Shown here: piece by piece, positions 7,059-10,837 of the stretch
How the letters are laid out: each line of letters begins with the position of its first letter
How positions within the stretch are numbered: position 1 is the first letter of the stretch
NCBI GenBank assembly: GCA_040081625.1
Contig: JBEBGD010000148.1
Location: 1 to 10,837, forward strand
Source: Chthoniobacteraceae bacterium
GTDB taxonomy: Bacteria; Verrucomicrobiota; Verrucomicrobiia; Chthoniobacterales; Chthoniobacteraceae
Length of the DNA: 10,837 nt
Direction of reading: 5' to 3'
Notes under the pieces: model-generated
Databases searched by the model: none
The model's input: only the letters and a program-made list of their open reading frames with translations
Told to the model about the DNA's origin: nothing
Translations under genes and position numbers: made by a program

Positions 7059-7292
7059 CTACTCGCGTCCGGTGAGACCCGTGTCCCATGCCTCGTGGTA
7101 GCCGTGCTCCATGTTCCAGTGCATGTTGTGCAGCGGAATCCGCGCGGCAATCAGCTTGTCCATCGTGCGTGCCTTTCCGGTCCAGTTCGGGGCTTTCTCC
7201 GTGATGTCCTTCAGCGCACTTTCGATCTTCGCCTGAAGGTTTTTGATCTCTTTGAGGTAACGCGCGGTGATTTGTTTTCTCGGATTCGGCAT
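7059..7292 (-). CDS. Antisense small hypothetical protein (moron-like)
   Basis: 77 aa MPNPRKQITARYLKEIKNLQAKIE...; fills the gap exactly, its TAG abuts the TGA of the + strand gene, and GC is lower than in the flanks. Confidence 0.7.
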   Translation of the reverse strand: MPNPRKQITARYLKEIKNLQAKIESALKDITEKAPNWTGKARTMDKLIAARIPLHNMHWNMEHGYHEAWDTGLTGRE

Positions 7293-7298
7293 GCGCTC

Positions 7299-7327
7299 GT
7301 TTTACCACCTAGATCTCGTCACGTCAT
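7299..7327 (-). promoter_or_regulatory. Possible sigma70-type leaderless promoter for the antisense gene
   Basis: Minus strand reads ATGACG-17 nt-TAAAAC-6 nt-ATG, with TG in the extended -10 position; both hexamers are imperfect. Confidence 0.35.
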
Positions 7328-7341
7328 CAGCGACGTGGCGC

Positions 7342-7348
7342 TTTGACA
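7342..7348 (+). promoter_or_regulatory. TTTGACA motif copy 4
   Basis: Lies 13 nt before the tape measure ATG 7362; no SD. Confidence 0.7.
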
Positions 7349-7361
7349 GCGCCGCCGCAGC

Positions 7362-8453
7362 ATGGCCCTGCTCGGCGAACTCGACATCTCCGGCGCCGGC
7401 GCGCTCAAGTCGCTCGGCAGCCTCGACAAAGCTTTCGGAAATCTCGCGGGCAACCTCGGGAAATTCGGCGCGATTGCCGGCGGCAGCTTCGTGGCTTTCC
7501 AAGGGCTGAACTCGATCATCGAAGGTTTTAAGGAGACGCTCGATCTCGGCGGCACGCTGAATGACATGAAGGCGCAGACCGGCGAGGCGGTCGGCGATCT
7601 CGTCATTCTGCGGCAGGCGTTCGATAATGCCGGTCTCGGCGCCAGCAAGCTCCAGGATGCCATCGCCGGAGTGAATGAAGACGGCAAATCGACGGCGGGC
7701 GCGCTCCGCACGCTCGGCACCAGCGCCGCCGAGCTGCGCAATCTTCCCGCCATCGGTCAGATCGAGAAGTTGCAGCAGGGTTTCGCGAAGCTCGATCAGA
7801 CGAGCAAGGTCGCCGCCGCGCGTGATCTCTTCGGCAAGAGCGGTGGCGCATCGCTCGCGCTGTTCACCGACAGCGGCGCGCTCGATCAGGCGCGGCAGCA
7901 GGCCGGCCCGCTCGCGGGCATCATGGAGAAAAACGTCGGCACTTTCGACAAGCTCGGCGACGTCATCAACGGGCTGAAACTCAACTTCCAGGAGTTCTTT
8001 GCGGGTGCGCTGTCGAAGGTCGCGCCCGAGGCCACGAACATCGCGGATGCGCTCGCGAGCGTCGATTTCGTCGGCATCGGCGAGACGGTCGGCGCGCTGG
8101 CGAGTGTCTTCCTCAAGCTCGGCGAGGCGCTTGCGCTGCTCGCGCCGCTCATCAATTCGGCCAGCGAAGGACTCAGCTCGATCTTCGGCAGCAGCTCGAA
8201 AGCGGACTCGGGGCTCTCGGAAAAATATCGCGGCTTCGCGAAGCTCGATCGTGCCGAGACGACGGCGACGGTCACCGACAAGTCGCCCGTCTCCGGCCTG
8301 CAAAGAATCGGTGGCGGTGGCGGCTTCGGTGGCGGGGGTGATGCCGTGCTCACCGAGGCGCGCACTCACACGCGGCTGCTGGAGCGCATCGCCGATGGCG
8401 TCGGGCGCCAGAGCGGCGGCAGCGGTGGCGCACTGGAGGCGGTGCCGGTATGA
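7362..8453 (+). CDS. Tail tape measure protein (short, 363 aa)
   Basis: Ala/Gly/Leu-rich amphipathic helices, TMP-like segments (LNDMKAQTGEAVGDLVILRQAFDNAG; AAARDLFGKSGGASLALF) and C-terminal LQRIGGGGGFGGG...TRLLERIA; downstream of the G/T chaperone. Confidence 0.85.
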   Translation: MALLGELDISGAGALKSLGSLDKAFGNLAGNLGKFGAIAGGSFVAFQGLNSIIEGFKETLDLGGTLNDMKAQTGEAVGDLVILRQAFDNAGLGASKLQDAIAGVNEDGKSTAGALRTLGTSAAELRNLPAIGQIEKLQQGFAKLDQTSKVAAARDLFGKSGGASLALFTDSGALDQARQQAGPLAGIMEKNVGTFDKLGDVINGLKLNFQEFFAGALSKVAPEATNIADALASVDFVGIGETVGALASVFLKLGEALALLAPLINSASEGLSSIFGSSSKADSGLSEKYRGFAKLDRAETTATVTDKSPVSGLQRIGGGGGFGGGGDAVLTEARTHTRLLERIADGVGRQSGGSGGALEAVPV

Positions 8454-9238
8454 GCGTGCTCACGCTCCAGGGCGGTCCGCAGTGCATCAGCGGCAGCCTC
8501 GATCCACGGCTCGGCCTCGTCGCCATCCGCGTGAAGTGCCACGCCGCGAACGTGGCGGATGCGCTCTTCGGCACGCTGCCCGACATCGGCATCGCCGGCC
8601 TCGTCGAGAACCAGGCGCGCACCTTCGATGCCCGCGCAGGCGGCACGGCGGAAGGCTACGACGTGCTCGTGACGCTCGAAGGCCACTCGACTCCCGACAA
8701 TGCCGAGGGCGAGGACTACTCGCTCGATGGTGCGACGAGCGAAGACCCGATCGAGACGCATCCCTTTTTCCTCGGTCTCAAGGAAAAATTCAACGGCACG
8801 ATCGATCCTTCGAGCGGCAAGGTGAAGTTCGACGACACGCTCGCGGAGGGCGGCGAGGCCGGGCTTTCGGGCGCGACCGGCAACGGGCTCGACGCCACCG
8901 GGGGCGACATAGGGGCGCGGAATCCGATGCACGGTGTCGAGAGCTACCTCGTGCCCGGCCTCACTTGGACTCGCAAGTCGGTCAGCCGCCAGCTTCCGCT
9001 GAGCATCGTGCGCGCGCTCGGCACCATCGACTCGCCGCCCGGCCAGCCGCCGACGCTCGAAGGCACGCGCCGCAACTGGCTCAAGGCTCGCGTCCGCGCG
9101 CAGTGGCGCGGGAACATCTGGCAGATCGAGGAATCCTGGCTGCTCTCCGGCCCGGATGGCTGGCTGCCGGACATCTATTCCGCCGCCGCCTTCGAGATCG
9201 TGAGTGGAGACGGAGTAGTCCACACCATTATCGCCTGA
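8450..9238 (+). CDS. Putative distal tail/tail-tip protein
   Basis: 262 aa, ATGA-coupled to the TMP; EDPIETHPFF and Trp-rich beta C-terminus (WQIEESWLLSGPDGWLPDIY). Confidence 0.6.
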   Translation: MSVLTLQGGPQCISGSLDPRLGLVAIRVKCHAANVADALFGTLPDIGIAGLVENQARTFDARAGGTAEGYDVLVTLEGHSTPDNAEGEDYSLDGATSEDPIETHPFFLGLKEKFNGTIDPSSGKVKFDDTLAEGGEAGLSGATGNGLDATGGDIGARNPMHGVESYLVPGLTWTRKSVSRQLPLSIVRALGTIDSPPGQPPTLEGTRRNWLKARVRAQWRGNIWQIEESWLLSGPDGWLPDIYSAAAFEIVSGDGVVHTIIA

Positions 9239-9849
9239 TGGACATCGAGCGGCTCACGCTGAAGGCGGGCGAGAAAATCACCACCGCGCACCTGCACCAG
9301 CTCGACTCCGCGATTGCGCGGCAGACGCCGCTGCGCGGCCTCGGTGTCCGCACCCGCCGCCTGCCGTGGGGCACCATCCGCAACTACCAGGCCAGCCATC
9401 CCGGCGCCGCGAGCGCTCCCGTCTTCCGGCCGCAAGTGACCACTGGCGCGCAGATCGCGGAGATCCGATGGAGCGGCCCGCGTGGACTCATCGGCGGCCT
9501 CGCGCCGACGAAGGGCGGCGTGGAAATCTTCGACGATCGCAAGGGCAACCGCCCCTCGATCGTCATCTCGAAGGCCGAGTTCGGCGATGGCGACCAGTGC
9601 GGCATCTGGTTCCGCGTCGTGACCGACGAGAAGTTCAAGGTCCGCCTCGTCGAGCCCTTCGCCGCGCCGTCGCTGCCGGCCGTGAAGCCCTTCATCGCCT
9701 ACAAGCTCGCGCTCTTTCTCCGGCTGCGCGGAGGCCGCATCACCTACAGCGAAGCCGAGGATCGCGAGCTGTTCTGCTCGCAAGGTTTCCTCGCCATCAA
9801 CCGCGGTGAGCACGGCATTTTCGACCCGCTCTTTTGGGCGATCTTTTGA
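9238..9849 (+). CDS. Putative tail-tip/minor tail protein
   Basis: ATG 9238 in a TGATG overlap; 203 aa MDIERLTLKAGEKITTAHLHQLDSAIARQTPLRGLG...PLFWAIF (the real 3' part of track ORF 7999-9849). Confidence 0.7.
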   Translation: MDIERLTLKAGEKITTAHLHQLDSAIARQTPLRGLGVRTRRLPWGTIRNYQASHPGAASAPVFRPQVTTGAQIAEIRWSGPRGLIGGLAPTKGGVEIFDDRKGNRPSIVISKAEFGDGDQCGIWFRVVTDEKFKVRLVEPFAAPSLPAVKPFIAYKLALFLRLRGGRITYSEAEDRELFCSQGFLAINRGEHGIFDPLFWAIF

Positions 9850-9856
9850 ACGGTAA

Positions 9857-10583
9857 ATGACCTCCGCGCAGTTCAACGAACGCGTCGCCGCCGCCGCCCG
9901 CAATCAGCCGCTCCGTGGCCTGCCGCCTCGCGCCAGCGGAGGCGCCGCCACCCGGCACAAGTGGACGGTCATCGCGGAGCGCGACGCGCACGACCACTGC
10001 ACCCTCGCCGTCCGCGGCGCGTGGCGCCTCCGCCCGCACGTCCTTCGTCGCCGTCGCCGACGATGACCGCCCCGATTTCTTCCGCACCCGCGCCACCGCC
10101 GCCCTCGATATCTACCGCACTTCGGTCACCGTCTTCGGCACGCCGAATGTCTTCCCCGACGACGTGTTCTTCGACATCCCCGTGCTGCCTCCGCCGACCA
10201 CGCTCGTCGGCCTGCTCGGCGAGATCGCACTGCGGCAGATCCTCGCGAGCCTCCGCCTGCATCCGCGCATCGGCCTCCAGCAGCTCCTGCCGCCTTACAA
10301 GCTCGGCGTCGGCCCTGCCGCCGTGAACCTCAGCGGCAAGCCCGAGTTCCGCCTCGCCTGGCTGTGGCTCGTGCGCGCGCCGGGTGCGCATCCGCGCTTC
10401 GATCGCGTCTTCGTGCAGCAGACCTGCTTCTGGAATCTCGCCGCGTGGACCGCGCTCGAAGACCAGGGCGTCCTGCAAATCGTCCCGCTGCTCCAGGCCG
10501 GGGGCGACATCGGCAACCTCGCCGGCCTCACCCTCTTCGAGCTGCTCGCCGGCGCGCAGAAAACGAGATGGTGGTCGGTGTGA
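9857..10583 (+). pseudogene. Putative minor tail protein interrupted by a frameshift at about 10015-10040
   Basis: Frame 2 from ATG 9857 is protein-like up to ...CTLAVRG, then degenerates into poly-Arg; frame 3 becomes protein-like from TSFVAVADDDRPDFF to ...TRWWSV* (10583). Confidence 0.6.
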
Positions 10584-10603
10584 GCCGCGGACATCCATCA
10601 CCC

Positions 10604-10690
10604 TGTCATCTTGAGCGAGCGCAGCGAGTCGAAAGACCTGTAACATCTTTGGAAGATGCGAGAGGTCCCTCGGCTTCGCTCGGGATGACA
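10604..10690. repeat. REP/REPIN- or MITE-like palindromic element (TGTCATC...GATGACA)
   Basis: TGTCATCTTGAGCGA...TCGAAAGACCT pairs imperfectly with AGGTCCCTCGGCTTCGCTCGGGATGACA, enclosing an inner CATCTT/AAGATG hairpin; intergenic. Confidence 0.75.
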
Positions 10691-10698
10691 TCTGTCGG

Positions 10699-10705
10699 TT
10701 TGACA
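10699..10705 (+). promoter_or_regulatory. TTTGACA motif copy 5
   Basis: Lies 14 nt before ATG 10720. Confidence 0.7.
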
Positions 10706-10719
10706 CCCGCGGGCGAACG

Positions 10720-10837
10720 ATGCCCGACGCGCCTGCCGCCATCGTTGAAAATCCGCGTCCGCTGAATCCGGACACCTTCCCGTTCGCGGTCGAGTCGTTC
10801 CCGGTGGATTCGCTCAGCCAGGCACTCGCCCTCCCGC
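10720..10837 (+). CDS. Start of the next tail-region gene (truncated by window end)
   Basis: MPDAPAAIVENPRPLNPDTFPFAVESFPVDSLSQALALP..., open to the window end and preceded by the TTTGACA motif. Confidence 0.6.
   Translation, partial: MPDAPAAIVENPRPLNPDTFPFAVESFPVDSLSQALALP

Larger units (their letters stand above)
66..10837 (+). mobile_element. Tailed phage/prophage head-neck-tail module (siphovirus-like)
   Basis: Co-oriented, coupled scaffold, MCP, joining, tube, chaperone(G/T), TMP and tip genes; no sheath gene, integrase or att site in the window. Confidence 0.9.

Noticed and set aside
7999..9237. 5' part of the 616-aa ORF 7999-9849, and similar extensions of ORFs starting at 3760, 5130, 5290, 5375 and 6180
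   Set aside because: Arg/Ser-rich off-frame sequence overlapping real genes; the true starts are at stop/start overlaps or are reached by frameshift.
381..9903. Long minus-strand ORFs (381-1820, 1846-2913, 2739-3683, 7302-8369, 8366-9223, 9175-9903 and others)
   Set aside because: Antisense shadows of GC3-rich + strand genes, with Arg/Gly-rich non-protein-like composition and full overlap with better-supported genes.
3375..10583. Contractile injection system, tailocin or T6SS interpretation
   Set aside because: No sheath or baseplate wedge gene is recognisable, while a capsid module and G/T chaperone are present.
681..10705. TTTGACA copies as ordinary sigma70 -35 boxes, CRISPR repeats or att sites
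   Set aside because: No -10 at 16-18 nt spacing that would leave the ATG in the transcript; only 7 bp long, kilobases apart and tied to start codons.
1..10837. Diversity-generating retroelement, tRNA, integrase, terminase/portal or lysis genes
   Set aside because: No reverse transcriptase motifs, TR/VR pair, cloverleaf or recognisable catalytic motifs in this window; they may lie outside it.

Overview
High-GC window holding the morphogenesis module of a tailed dsDNA (pro)phage, almost all on the + strand and tightly coupled by ATGA/GTGA/TGATG overlaps. Gene order: scaffold-like protein (5' end lost), major capsid protein (MCP), signal-peptide-bearing head-fibre-like protein, coiled-coil/HeH protein, terminator, head-tail joining genes, small tail-tube-like genes, tail assembly chaperone with a G GGA AAA -1 frameshift, basic neck-like protein, antisense moron, short tape measure protein (TMP) and tail-tip genes. 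No sheath gene is visible, so it looks siphovirus-like. The lack of Shine-Dalgarno (SD) sites and the gene style suggest a Verrucomicrobiota/PVC host, but this is inference. Most notable: (1) TTTGACA occurs five times at gene boundaries, four of them only 13-16 nt before an SD-less ATG, suggesting a non-canonical late promoter giving leaderless mRNAs; (2) the MCP appears to have a two-segment hydrophobic leader split off by a 1-nt frameshift, and the next head protein has a Sec-type signal peptide, hinting at membrane-linked head assembly; (3) lesions and a REP-like palindrome suggest a resident, possibly decaying prophage or sequence errors. Product calls rest on gene order and motif recognition only; no searches were run.
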